DNA from: Phoronis australis | Taxonomy: Eukaryota; Animalia; Phoronida | NCBI GenBank assembly: GCA_002633005.1 | Contig: NMRA01000682.1 | Span: forward strand, 29,450-93,449 | Direction of reading: 5' to 3' | Length of the DNA stretch: 64,000 nucleotides | Shown: one piece after another, positions 26,049 through 38,350 of the stretch | Layout of the letters: every line of letters begins with the position of its first letter | Numbering within the stretch: the stretch's first letter is position 1 | Notes under the pieces: model-generated | The model's database searches: none | What the model saw: the letters and a program-made list of their open reading frames with translations, nothing else | What the model was told of the DNA's origin: nothing | Made by a program: the position numbers and the translations under genes

Positions 26049-26985
26049 CTCGTAGTGGACGAACTGCCAAAGTATATACATGTAATGGTACAATTGTGTT
26101 AAATGTACACTGTACGCCCCTTTGACTTGTTTTCACTTCTTCATTTTATCCCTGATCAGTGGGCGAAATTGACGTTTCGCATTTTGGGTATGAACATTAT
26201 GCTAAAGGGCTATTAATAAAACCAAAGGTTTTTGACTTCTACGCTACATGGCAATCAGGCACTATATGAGACAAAAATCTACATTATACATTTACAAGCA
26301 GCCCTACACTAAACTCTGCCAATGTCGGTGCGAAGAACAGCGTACTGGTTTCCCTTGTAATGAAAGTAATGCACTCAAAAAAGCAGGTGCTTACTCCAAC
26401 TTAAAACATTTACCTCTTTCGGGCATCGAACCCTGCCCAAAGTCACAACTTTACTCACGCGCCAGGTCAGATGCACGATTGCAGTAACAATGTATTAATA
26501 TAATTACCACTGTATAAAATGTAGAGCTGGAATGCCAAGTTCAAATTCGGAGTTTGCCCCACGCATGCGTGGAAGTTGTTTGCATTCGCTTGTTCCAGCG
26601 TTTTTGTTACTGTGTCTTACGGTGGAATGTTTAGTACAAACACAGTAAGCTTAGAACGTTTACCCCCGAAAACATCTCCCAATTAACTTTCTTTTATTTG
26701 GAATATTTTGCTTTCTAATAATCCCAAACATGTTCAAACGGAAGAGCATTTGCTTGTATCTCAGCGATTCGGGAGGCCGTCCGTGGGTACTACATCTGCT
26801 TAGCAGCTTGGTGTAACATACAGCCATCTAGTTCAATTAAAATAATTTCAAAAGTTTACAATGTAAATAAAATATGGCCATATGATCAAGCACAACCCGG
26901 TGAGTTCTAATAACCAATATATATGATAAAAGGTCACCTTATGTCCCGTTTTTAGGTTTTTCGTTTATTTGCAATTAAGTCTTAC

Positions 26986-27073
26986 CTTCCATCAATCACT
27001 TTAATGCTCAGTCCATTATCTGATTTGTAGGTGGCCTTCGTAATTATTGCAAGACCATCATACAGCCCATTAT
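26986..27073 (-). CDS. ZP-domain protein exon 5 (ZP-C)
   Basis: ttctcttgatcttgtag|AT acceptor (phase 1) and AG|GTAAGA donor (phase 2). Peptide DNGLYDGLAIITKATYKSDNGLSIKVIDG(R) leads into the ZP-C 'IDxxC' motif. Confidence 0.88.
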
Positions 27074-27135
27074 CTACAAGATCAAGAGAAGAGAATGACA
27101 ACGATTTCGAAAAGATATCCATTAGTGGAGAGTAA

Positions 27136-27480
27136 CAGTCTAATAGCTACAAAGGTTACATGTACTCATAGCGGATCTAGAAATGCTTGGTAGTATAAAG
27201 TTTTTTCATTATTTTATGTTGAGATGGCCTTCCTGAAGCATAGCTGGTTTATAATCATGACAATTTTGAGCTTTTTAATATATGCAAATTAAGGCTGACA
27301 TTATGTAAAATTCTATTTTTGCTTACAAGTAACACGGGTAGATCATTTTGATGTTTTTATCTATGTTTCCAAAGTCAGTGAATTCAGTGAAGCTAGAATA
27401 CAAAGGTGGAGAGAATGAACTATTTAATTTAAGGCCGCCGTTACTCAAAACCCCTTAAACTTGACACAGACATCAAAAAT
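27136..27480 (+). mobile_element. Academ-like DNA transposon end fragment
   Basis: Begins (T/C)AGTCTAA-AGC and aligns with the reverse complement of 34000-34195. The superfamily call rests on the TAG terminus only. Confidence 0.5.
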
Positions 27481-27669
27481 GCTCCATATACAATGACCAT
27501 GTTCATGCTTTTATGTTCTAGCTGCAAATTATGGAATTCCGGTAGTCTTTGGGAATGGACTTTGGTCATCATGTGAAGAGCATTTTACCGTTGGATTGTG
27601 GAGATCAGGGTTGCATATCTGCTGGTTTGGTGTCATCTGATAATGCAGAGTTGGAGTTTAAGGAATCAT

Positions 27670-29077
27670 AGACTCTATTCACGCGGCGGACATTTAAATC
27701 CAAAGCGAGGCTCACTGCGATAAACAAAGCGGAAATTTACATTGCGTGAGTTAAATGGCCGGTCTTTGGAGTCCAAACCTGAATATCATATCCTAAAAAA
27801 TATGTCAATAATTAACCTCAGAGACGTAGAAAAATACAGTTAAAGAACAAGTCAATGCACCAAAGAGTTGTCTGACAAAATGATACATGTATGTGTTGTT
27901 TTCCGGAAAACTATTTTCGAAACATGAAAAGTAAACATGACCAAATTGCGGCGATCGTAGTGTTACGGATTAGGTACATGTACCATGCTGAATGCAGGGT
28001 TAGGTTTCTTCTAATAAATTCTTGATAAAAATGCTTTCTACACGAACCAGGTCATCTGGTCGTATTGTTGACGAGTTGAAGATATATTCGACAGTGGTGG
28101 CTCATAGCATTTTGCTGTCATGTGCAATTAGTCTCATCTGGTTTAATTTGATGATCAAGAGTAAGCCTATTAGCTTCAAGCATAGCCTAAGTCCTGGTGA
28201 GGTAGGCACTACCGGGACTAACAGTTGATTTGTCACTGATCTGAAATAAAAGTGATGTTATTAAATATGTATTTTGATTACGATAAAAAACTAGGCTCGC
28301 AATTGAAAATAAAAATTATATGACCATCAATTCTGCTTTCTTGGTTTTAATAATTACGTCTATTTCATATGTTATATTTTTCAAATATCAATCTCGACCA
28401 AGTTGAATTTGAAAATTAAAAACCTAATCCTTTCTTCGTTTTAGAGCTCAATTTCAGTTAACTGGACAGAACACAGTGGCGGATTTAGAGGGGAGCCAAG
28501 GGGCTATGCCCCAGCCCCCCCCCCCCTAAATCCGCCTATGATTTTGTACTTTTTCAAATTGTCACCTCTGTGGTCACATGTGATTTGAACCGTTGGAGAG
28601 AAATTTTCAATCACAAAGGGAATTTTTATGCCTCATGGCCGGAAATTTCACGTGGTTTTTCAATATTTTTGAGAGGGGAATAGGGCCGATATTTGGCCCC
28701 AAAACTGAGGGACTGAGGGCCCTGTCCTTTTTGTAAAGAAAAATGCATCGCGCTTCAACCCATAGTCATGAAAACACAGCCTGGCTGGCCGAAGATTCTC
28801 CGGTCCTCGTTGCTATGGCGTCATCCAATTAGAGATGCGACAAATTATGATTCGAAAACAGTTATAAATTTTACACGAACATATTTTCCCTCGTCACGGC
28901 GTATGGCAAGGACCCAACGCTTCCGAATCCCAACGTCCTTAGGGATTGTAAAACAGAGTGTCCGTATTTTTTCTAGCTGTTCGAGCAACGCGGAGTACAA
29001 CTACGCGGATAAGCCACCAGAGCTATCGTAGCGAGCCTCGTTTTGGAACGCGCCTCCTGTCGGCGTGAATAGGGTCT
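27670..29077 (-). mobile_element. ISL2EU/Harbinger-like deletion derivative with THAP remnant
   Basis: TIRs AGACTCTATTCACGC / GCGTGAATAGGGTCT, flanked by AT. Minus-strand THAP remnant (SCTPRCSN...FTIPKDVGIRKRWVLAIRRDEGK, ~28870-29020) and a transposase-like 'ISDK' exon remnant at ~28020-28240. Nested MITE at 28473-28540. Confidence 0.7.
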
Positions 29078-29693
29078 ATAGCTTGGCTAAATCATTAGGG
29101 CAGTTAGTACAGTTACACTCAGCCAACCGGTATAGACAAGATGACTCAGGATGAATAGTATGATATGTCTTGTGAAATTGGGTGTAATTCCATTATGTGC
29201 ACTGAAAGTGGACCCCCGGCCTCAGATATTTAAGCGTTTGTTGAAATTAGCACGATATAAATTTGATAACATTTATAGTTAAGGTTTACAGATCTTAACA
29301 ACATACCCTGGGGTATTCTAATATTGGTAGTAAAGGTTCTTTATAGACTTAATGCCGTCACCTTATACACGACATTCTTGGTTCCCTTTCAAGATTGATT
29401 TATGGCCTCAAAAATTGTATTACGTAAAGAACTAGGTTACAGTGTATGTCAACGTTCCTGTCCACGGACCCGTTTTTGACAGGAACGTCATGCCTTTTAA
29501 AGATTTGTTCTGCCATCCCCCTGTCTAAAACCAGCCTAAGCTTCGTTAAATAAGTCGTTATTGTTGGCTCAACTTGTTAGACAAGAGCTAGTTTACAAGT
29601 TTCGTAAAAATCTTCCCGAGAACAGACAAAAGTGAAATACCCCGATAATTATTTACGTCATTGACGTTCCCTTGCTTATGCAAACGTCACACC

Positions 29694-29836
29694 AGGCTCA
29701 GTTCAGTAACGCTGGGACCTCGCTAAAAAGCAAGACTTTACGAGATTACGTGAGATATTGCCGTGTATTTTGAATAACAACACGTGACTTTGGCTAGATA
29801 TTAGCTAGGTCCTAGCGTTACTGAACGCACACCTGG
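29694..29836. mobile_element. Hairpin MITE family (GTTCAGTAACGCTAGGACCT TIR)
   Basis: Inverted ends GTTCAGTAACGCT / AGCGTTACTGAAC. Other copies at ~36993-37128, ~54502-54658, ~57660-57833 and ~57862-59347 (split by a LINE). Confidence 0.8.
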
Positions 29837-32128
29837 ACTGAGGAAATTCCCCTGATCGTAGAGCACCATTAAAAATCTAGGTCAAAACAGGTGTTATATT
29901 GTTATATAATCTTTGGTGGATTAAACAGCCGATTTCATAAAGGTGGTTCAACAAAACCATTTTTAAGACGTAAAACTGGTCTTCCTAAACCTCACGAACC
30001 TGGTCTAATTTTAGACCTAACAAACGTGGTTTAAAAGTGTGAAAGCCTGGTTTTGTTAGACCAGGGAGCCGGTTTAATAAAACCAGGTTTAAGGTATCTA
30101 AGCCACCCTGTTGTGTCGATCTGGATTAACTCAACAAAGAAACTATTGAAGTGCTTCGATGAAACCGTTATCGCGTGGGTATACAATGGCACCCACTAGT
30201 AGAATGAGTGCAGACATTTGCGCAAAAGTTCTAAGTTTTTCTCACGAGGAAAAATGTAATGTCTGTGCCCAACACCCCTACACACATTAAAACATATGCT
30301 CACGATTATCCACAACATGATAAATGTCCAAATTTATTTTTGTGCCAAAGAGGGCAAGACCCCTTCCCGGAAACATTGAATCAGAGACCAATGGAGCTGG
30401 AACTCAGAAGAATGAGAAGATGATGTCTCCAGTCAAACCCGTGACGCTTACGACGACGACGCCCTGCTCGACCAGTCGCATTCTGAGGAATCCGCCGGAC
30501 ACCATTCAGCACCTGCTTGTCTACACATAGGCGGATTCAAGGGGGTCGAGGGGTCCGGATCCGCTTTTTCCCTTGATTTTAGTGATATCAAATCTATGAT
30601 TTTCAAATTGTTGACTTGGGCGCCTCTTTTAAAAAGTCCTTGACCGAACCATCTAAAAATCGTGGATCCGCCCCTTCTACATTTGATCTAATGTCGGCGT
30701 CAAGCTGAATATTGAAAATAGTCCATTTTCTCTCTAAAACTGTGTCGTAAATGCACACCGAGGCATCATTCAGTTGTAGCTATATCATTTAAATCTTTCC
30801 TATTTAACAGTTAAACTTGGGGCTGACCAAGTCTAAAGTTAAACCTGGTTTAAGATCTTAATGCAGGTCTAAAGGTTTTAGACCTAGTTGGTGAAATGAA
30901 AGTTGAATTAGACCAGGTCTAAATTGGGGTTAAACTAGGTTTTACTAGACCACTGGTCTAAAAGTTAAGCCACATTTATGAAATGCAGATTATCTTTAAA
31001 CCTGGTCTAAGTCCAGTTTAAACCAGGTTTAAATTCAAACCACCTTTATGAAATCGGCTGAAAGAGTTCATAAACGAGTTCGACAACACTGGAAGCTTTA
31101 CCGTTCGGTAGGTCTCGAAGAGCGACAAAAATCTCACTTTCACTAAAATCATGATCCAGTTGATTTGTGTCGTCTACCAGACAGTCATTACAATACACAT
31201 CATGACTTGTCAAGTTTCTTTCTATTTGTCCAAGCATGCGTCCATTATTAGAATTTCCTTGGTTAATGAGTGACTGAAAGTGGCAAAACAATTCATCGGC
31301 AGAACTACATGTAGAAGTATCTGAGGGTCACTTTCCTAGAGCATGATTTTACTGCTGTAGCTGCCAAAACGCTCTGGGATTGTTAACATTTTCAATAATT
31401 TTTTCCCAGACCATCTTTAACTAACTTTTCTTTTGACTTACAATTCACATTGAATTTTTGTCGCAATTCTTTGTACTTATTAAAAGTAACCTGATCATTA
31501 TGATGTCGGAAACCAGACAACGCACATTTTTTCTCTCTTTTCAGTAGCTCTAACAAATTTAACCGCGACACTGGAGTGTACAATCATGTCGCAGGCAGAT
31601 GATTTATACCGTTCCTTTAAGAACTGAACTGCGTCTTCCACTGCTCTCAATTAGATTTGCAATATCACTAGGGAACACTTGGAACCCACTAGCAAACGTG
31701 TCCATGAACTGACTACAGCGTTCAGTCTTCCATCTAACTTTGTCATATTCACGGACGACATAATTTGTGCTATGAACAGTGTGATCCTTTGACTGAGTAA
31801 AGTTGTGAAAAACACAAAAAGAAGATGATCAGATACATCCAATAAATCAACTTTAAAATCTGATACAAAATCAAACAATTCAGTAGACAATATTACGTAA
31901 TCAACTACACCACACCCTTTATTAGATAAACAAGTAAACTCTTCTTCCTCATCACCTGCAAATCGACCAATACATGCATGGATATTTAACTCGAAACACA
32001 TTCCCACAAAAGATTTTCCAAATGAATTAATAACATGATCTTTATTAATCTTTGAAAAATTAAAGGTATCTGAGTCATACCATTCACGTGAGGGCAAAAA
32101 CTCTGCTGAGTCTTCTTGAATATAATCG
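29837..32128 (-). mobile_element. LINE ORF2 fragment (APE C-terminal half to RT start), interrupted by 29926-31060
   Basis: Endonuclease motifs EFTCLSNKGCGVVDYVILS...SDH, then LPNGKAS...YELF, and past the insertion ITPVLT*IFNGALRSGEFPQS (RT domain 0-type motif). Confidence 0.85.
29926..31060. mobile_element. PIF/Harbinger-like non-autonomous element
   Basis: Perfect 23-bp TIR CAGCCGATTTCATAAAGGTGGTT, 3-bp AAA duplication, and subterminal AAACCAGGTTT-type repeats. Nested MITE at 30526-30676 (TSD CTACA). Confidence 0.8.
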
Positions 32129-32179
32129 AGAAATAAGCACATATATGTCGAAGCCGAGTCCTAAACAGATGTATGTAAG

Positions 32180-33328
32180 CAACAGAGATTTTTTACTTGG
32201 TTAATGAAAAGTTTGAGGTCACTTCTGTAATTAAGTCTCTGCAAAAATCTATAGAAACCGCCCGCGAAGAGAACGCGCTTTTACAAGATTTTGTGATAAA
32301 GCTTGAATCTAAAGATGGATACTTAGGGAACCGGTCACGCAGTGACAATGTTGTTTTCCATGGGTTTGAAGAGAAAAGTGTAGACTCGAACGAGAGTGGA
32401 TGGGAGGAAGAGTCTGAAGAGATTATCATGCAATTCCTGAAGAACGATCTTCATTTAGAAGGCGTCTGTATTAAGCGCGACCGTAGGATTGGTCGTCGAC
32501 AGCGTGGTAAAAAAAAAACTTTAATTGCCAAGTTTTCGTCGAAAGACAAACGCAAGGTGATGAGCAAAAAGAAGGACACAACTAATGAATCAATTCACAT
32601 CTCTGAAGATTTTTCTATGAAAGTAAGAAAAGCCCGAAGGGAGCTGTACACGTTTTCAAACGAAAACAATATGGAGAAAGCAACAATACAATTCCACAAG
32701 CTCTATTGGCTTAAAAACAGTTTATTTACAACGATGCAGAGAAAATGGTTAAAGAAATAAAGCAAGATATCTACAAAAATGCTTAGCAGTTTGGCCATGG
32801 CCCAGAGCCTACAAGGACCTGCGAAATGCGTACAACAGTCTGGAATGTACACGGATTAGGTACCAAAACAGAGAACAAGAGTATCAGTTCTTTATCTTCT
32901 TTTGATTTAGTTGGAGTTGTGGAAACTTGGGCAGCGAACGAAAACCAGTTTGATAATTTTTACCTGGGTACAAATGTTTCAGTAAAGTTAATTTAAAGAA
33001 AAAGACGTTTGGTAGAAACTCTGGTGGAGTATGTGTGTTTGTAAAAATGTATAGCTCGGTATGTAACTCGAGTGAAGTGTGATTTCGATTTTGATATTTT
33101 TCTATTAATTGAAGAGTCTATTGTGTACTGAAAATGATGTATTATTCTGTTGGGTTTACTTGTCACCGAGGGTGCGTCAGTGTATGAAAATCAAATCGAA
33201 AAGAATGGTGTAGAATTCTTGAGAAGTGGTATTGAAGATGCCCTTTTGAATCTCCACAATGATGTATCTTTTTATTGCTGGCGATCTTACAATGCTAGAA
33301 TTGGCAAACTCACCGATTATATTCAAGA
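32180..33328 (+). mobile_element. LINE ORF1 plus endonuclease N-terminal half (inverted 5' segment)
   Basis: ORF1-type NRSRSDNVVFHGFEE...RIG...IAKF...ISEDFSMKVRKARREL, then frameshifted APE motifs WNVHGL, VETW, GRNSGGVCVFVK and YNARIG. Confidence 0.85.
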
Positions 33329-33349
33329 TTTCGTTTCAAATGATACAGT

Positions 33350-34195
33350 CACGCAAACGACCCTAATTCTAAAGCTTAATAAAATCATCCAGAGTCATGT
33401 AACCAAGACGATGAGCAAAACTACCCTTAGCCGCCAAAATTTACATGAATTGTGCAAAGTCATGTAATGACCTACTCATTGGCGACAACAAATAGGTTCA
33501 AATATCACATAGTGCCCTGAAAGGAAAATATAAGCAGGAGCCGAATTTTAAATAATGGCGCCCGTTGTATACACACACGTACATTACGCAAATTTATCAT
33601 GCAGCAACCTGTAAACATTTTTCCTTAAACTAATTAATCACAGAAAAATGGGTGCAATTATCAGTATAATTTACCCGTAGCGTCGGATACCACAGCTTTA
33701 AGCAAAAGCAGAATTTTTAACTATAAATGCCTCAATTTGCATATTTTATGCAAAATGTCAATGTATCCGCAATCAAAGTAGCTACATTAAATTTACTGTC
33801 CGCATGAACAAGGGTGTAAATATCAATATAATTTACCAGAAGTGCTCCATACCGCAGCTAGTAGCACAAGTAGAGTTTACAAAAATGGTTTCTCCACTTT
33901 GCATAATTTATCTGTGTATTCTCCTCCAAAGTAGCTCCATTTTATCCACTGACCATAGACACATGAGTGAACACATCAAAATAATCTAGTTGTAATACTT
34001 GGTAAGGAAGTTATTAGCAAAAACAGAATTTTGCATAATGTCAGCCTTACTTTGTACATTTAAAAATGCTCACAGTTGTCATGATTACAACCCAGCTAAA
34101 ATGCTTCAGGAGGGCATCTAGACATGAAACAACCAAAAAACCTTATACTACATGTACCATAAATTTCTTGGTACCCATTTTTGGCTCTTAGACTA
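33350..34195 (-). mobile_element. Academ-like DNA transposon end fragment
   Basis: Terminus TAGTCTAAGAGCCAAAAATGGGTACC on the minus strand; homologous to 27136-27330. Left limit approximate. Confidence 0.5.
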
Positions 34196-34736
34196 CAAGA
34201 TGTCAGACGTCACTCAACCGTAACAAAGAACTTGTAGTTAAGAGCAAGCAACAAACTGTGTGCTGTAAAATGATGATTGCACGGGCGAATAGACTGAGCT
34301 ATGAGCAATTGTGTTCACGGTGGATTACGTATGATAATTATACATTAATTTTCAGATTTCGCTCTTATGAACATCTGTGTTTATGGAGCCCCACAGGTTG
34401 AAGCAATTTCAAAGACAAAATAAAATGTCACTACGGGGCACATCAGCAGACGGATCTACCGGATGTTTCTTTCCTTGCCAGCAATGCAGGTTGAGCACGG
34501 TAACGAGACAACCGGAAAGTCAGTCAGCTACTGTCTCATCAATAAAAACAAATGACAAATCCATGATCATACTCCAATTAAGAATTCGGCTACCGGAGTT
34601 TTGGACGCTAAAATAACAAACGTTAATTTTCTTAAATTGTCTCTATTCGGCCCAGTTTATGCCTGACTCAATAAAAAATAAGCAAAATTTTAACTAAAAC
34701 ATCCATACTCAATTACGTTTCCAGGAAATCTATTAA

Positions 34737-35698
34737 AGTGTATACAACATGACTCTAGTACCTCAAAATAAATTTTATTATTATATCTTACTAGATTTCA
34801 GTGCCTTTAGTGCACAGCTCATAAAGAAACACGCAAAAATTGAAGAAATAATAATTATGTACAACGTCATGGGTTGAACCCAAGTCGTTCGCCATACTGT
34901 TCGGATCAGAGACAAAGTGCATAGAGTGAAGAGAAAGCAAAGTACATTTAGCGTCGAGAAGGTTCGTAGATGGACCAAAAGATGTGTTTCCGGAGGCTTC
35001 AGCAACAGCAGCCAGGCGGAGAACGTCTCGGTGTTCCGAAGGACACCAAAGTTGCGCAGAAGTGGCATCGCTTCGTGTGCCGAACAAGAGTGTGGGACGT
35101 CATCGTGGACCAAGCGATTCGGTCCGGGGCCACTCTGTGTCCTGCCCACTTTGAGGACTCGTGTTTCGACTCCAGTCACAGGAGACGTTACGATGAAGGC
35201 CTGGTTCAATAAGGGACAATATTTATCATTCAGAAACATCAGCTCTTAATTCAGGATCGTCTGTTGGATGACTTGGTTGACTTGCTGAGCCCGAGGCCAC
35301 TTCTCTCGCGGGAGGATCCAGTTCGTGAGGCTCAAAGTAGAAAAGTACGGAGCCGGAAGCAGATTAAACTTGTTCTCGCTTTCGTGCAACCCCATTTCCT
35401 CATCCTGGCCACCATTCCCGTACGTTTTTTCATAGTATTCGTTCAATTCTTGCTCATAATCGTCGTCGCGTTCAAATTCCCTGCTCTCCGCCATTGTTCA
35501 ATGCTAGTCACTGATCTCTTGTGTTCAACCCATGACGTCACATGGCGGGAAATGTGAAAATTGGCAAAATTGAAAGAAAAATCAAAATTTCGAGCTAATT
35601 ACACAAAATAAACATGGGTTTAGCTAAATTTTACGTCATACATTTAGCCTGTGGCCACCGGTAATTCAAAATATGGAAAAATCCATGTGTGTACTGTC
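34737..35698 (+). mobile_element. Second Kolobok-type deletion derivative (convergent THAP and YFEP ORF starts)
   Basis: Plus-strand THAP: RCVSGGFSNS...PKDTKVAQKWHRFV...LCPAHFEDSCF. Minus-strand acidic MAESREFERDDDYEQE...PAPY/YFEP. TTAA at 34733; TIRs are degenerate. Confidence 0.65.
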
Positions 35699-36063
35699 TA
35701 AAGGGTTTAGTACATTACAAGGCAGGCAAAAGATGTAAAATTAACACATGCAGGCATACAGTACATGTAGCAAAGGTCGGACTGTTTAAAATTGGCGAAT
35801 GCCGTTCAACTAATGATTGACCTGCAACTTAAGCGTTTGGGACATAAATATGCTCACCCTGGACGGTCGGACGGACGGTCGGACAGTTACAAATGACGGC
35901 AAAAGGAACCCCTTGCATAATTAAGATCAATCCCCGGGCATGAGAACGTACCACAAGTTCCTTTGTGATCCTTCTTTAATGACGTTTAGTGAAATACTTG
36001 GCACTCCCACTACTTTGCACAGGATCAACGAGATCAAAACGTGGTCCCTAAGGAAAAACTTAC

Positions 36064-36209
36064 CATCAGAAACAGTCACACGAAATAACACTTGTGTGCC
36101 AGCTGCAGCAGGGTTTTCTGCGGTGTAGATCGCATTGGAGGAGGAGTCCACAATTTCCAGCCTCAATGTAGGAGTGACTTGTACAGGACTGACAGCGGTG
36201 ACAGCTTCC
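36064..36209 (-). CDS. ZP-domain protein exon 4 (IHP, start of ZP-C)
   Basis: ctccag|G acceptor (phase 2) and G|GTAAGT donor (phase 1). Peptide EAVTAVSPVQVTPTLRLEIVDSSSNAIYTAENPAAAGTQVLFRVTVSD has an IHP-like LRLEIV and a ZP-C G-x-x-V-x-F strand. Confidence 0.9.
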
Positions 36210-38109
36210 CTGGAGTTGAGCACGATAAATGTCAGATGTCTTAAGGCATGAAACCAGCTGGCAAGCCCCGGGACAACATGGGACGTGGCAACTAACAAAT
36301 GGGTGAAGAAGAGGGAAACAATGTCGTGATTTTTGGAAGTAATTTGTCGATAACTCGGGAACTGTTGCCATAAATGATTGGTTGCTGTACGCCATATACT
36401 TTGTGACATTATTGAAACATTTTTGGTTCCTCGAACTGTTTAACATACCGACTTGTCCAAGTATAAGCTATTTTGTAATAAATAAAATGGTATTTTTATC
36501 TAAATTTAGTCAGAATTTAATGCGGTATTGTGGTGCCTATCTGCTAATTGTCTATTTCTAAGAGGACATGCACGGCATGTAAATGCCGAATTTCGGTAAA
36601 GTACTTGGACCTAAACCTGTCGAGATTTCATCGAGAATTTACCTGAATTAATGGGTTCAAGTCGATAAACAAGTAGATACTGGGTCTCGGCTTTGTTCGT
36701 CGAAGCCTTACATATTCAGTTTCAATCTTCAAAATCTACATCTGATTGTGAATAAAACCTACTCAGCCATCTATAAATGTACAGCTAGGTATGACTGTGT
36801 GTGAAACCCCGAAATTTCACACAGCCTGAGTTAGCGGTCGGCGCCGGGGGTGTGTGCAAAATCTGGGAGTCAACCGACACTCAACATACATGTTGCAGCA
36901 GTTATAAGTGAAAGGCAATCTATTGAACGTCATTTTCTTGCATAATTCTCAGCCTTCTGTAACAATGAAAAGTATGTTGTCGTCTTGAAAGACGGGTTGA
37001 GTTCAGTAGGCTAGGACCTACGCTAGAACCTTGCTAAAATTTAGCGAAAATTACGTGTTTTCATTTAAAAGACACGTCAGTATCTCACGTAATCTCGCAA
37101 CGTCTTGCTTTTTAGCGAGGTCCTAGCGCTCGCTGGTTCCCTACGTGCCTAGCCAGCCAGCATGCAGTATCACGCAGTAGCACGCACTCTAGATAGCATT
37201 GGTTGATGTAACCTCAGCAGTCATTGGTTAGCTTTACAACACCGTGAAAAATTGGCGGACTGTGAACAATTTTTAGCCTTGTCATGCAAATGGCGTCGCA
37301 GCAACTACAATTCGTTTTTGTAGTGATGTTTAATAGCCGCGTACTTGAAGCACATACATGTACATGTACAATAAACACATGGCCTATTTAACCGGTCTGT
37401 AATTCATAGTGTTTGAATACAGGACAGTATCGTAAACAAAAGTCATCGACAGCAGATGCACGCATTCCGAAAAGGCGCAACCACAATTTCAAGGATTCAC
37501 ATTTCCTGAACATAAATTTTAAGCACCGATTTGTCTGAACAACAGACCTCATTTACTCTTCAGTCCATCAGTAATGCCAGAATGTATCTTTGATGCCAGT
37601 TTGTTTGCGTAAAGCGCTGCGTGTTGAGAATTCGACTAGCCAATCAGAAACGCCGGTGTAAAAAAAATTAAGGAAAATACCTGCGTGTTGGCTACTGACC
37701 ACTTAGCGGTCGGGAGCCGGTCAATTGCAGCTTGCAGAAAAACCCGGCGCCAACTGCCTATAAACCGCCAAGCACGGATAAACAGCCAAGGACATCTTTA
37801 CACCAGAGAAGTGATCAATATATGTCAAGCCATAGAACTGGAATGCCAACTTTGATCTCGTGCAACTCAGAGGTTGCGCGACGCATGGACGGCATTTGTT
37901 TCCATACGTTTGTTCTGGTGTTGATTTTACTATATACATAAATGGGATAAACATGTAAGACTATAGGGAGGAATGTTTTTTAATAGAAAAGATACATTTT
38001 TAAAAATGTTATCACTAATAATTTCTTCCAACCAAACTTCACCCACACTTTTTGGAATATTTTGCTGTCTAATAGCCCCCAAATTGCAAACAGTAATTGC
38101 ACAGACATC

Positions 38110-38205
38110 AGGTCCTCAGTAGCTTAGTGGTAAGAGCACAACAGAGAGACCTGTGGTTCGATTCCCAGTTGGGTTCCTTATTTCTCTGTTGTCCAACGTC
38201 AGCGG

Positions 38206-38256
<51 letters not shown>

Positions 38257-38350
38257 NTGCAAACAATAACTGCACGGATATCTTTTCCTCAGTTGTAAGA
38301 GCACTAGACCGGCGAACTATATACCTGCAGTTCAATTCCCAGTTCGGATT
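38110..38350 (+). repeat. Two tandem tRNA-derived (SINE-like) heads separated by (CA)n
   Basis: A-box-like TAGCTTAGTGG and B-box GGTTCGATTCC at 38119-38166; a degenerate second unit at 38283-38350; (CA)n at 38208-38257. Confidence 0.5.

Noticed and set aside
28100-28240. Strong minus-strand acceptor with peptide SVTNQLLVPVVPTSPGLRL, superficially like ZP exon 4 (alternative exon?)
   Set aside because: All frames hit stops with no suitable donor. It lies inside the TIR element 27670-29077 and fits a transposase remnant better.
34390-34500. piggyBac-like C-terminal Cys-rich remnant on the minus strand
   Set aside because: Too short and degenerate to support a call.
38110-38180. Functional tRNA gene
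   Set aside because: The anticodon arm is truncated and acceptor pairing is poor, so it is treated as a tRNA-derived repeat.
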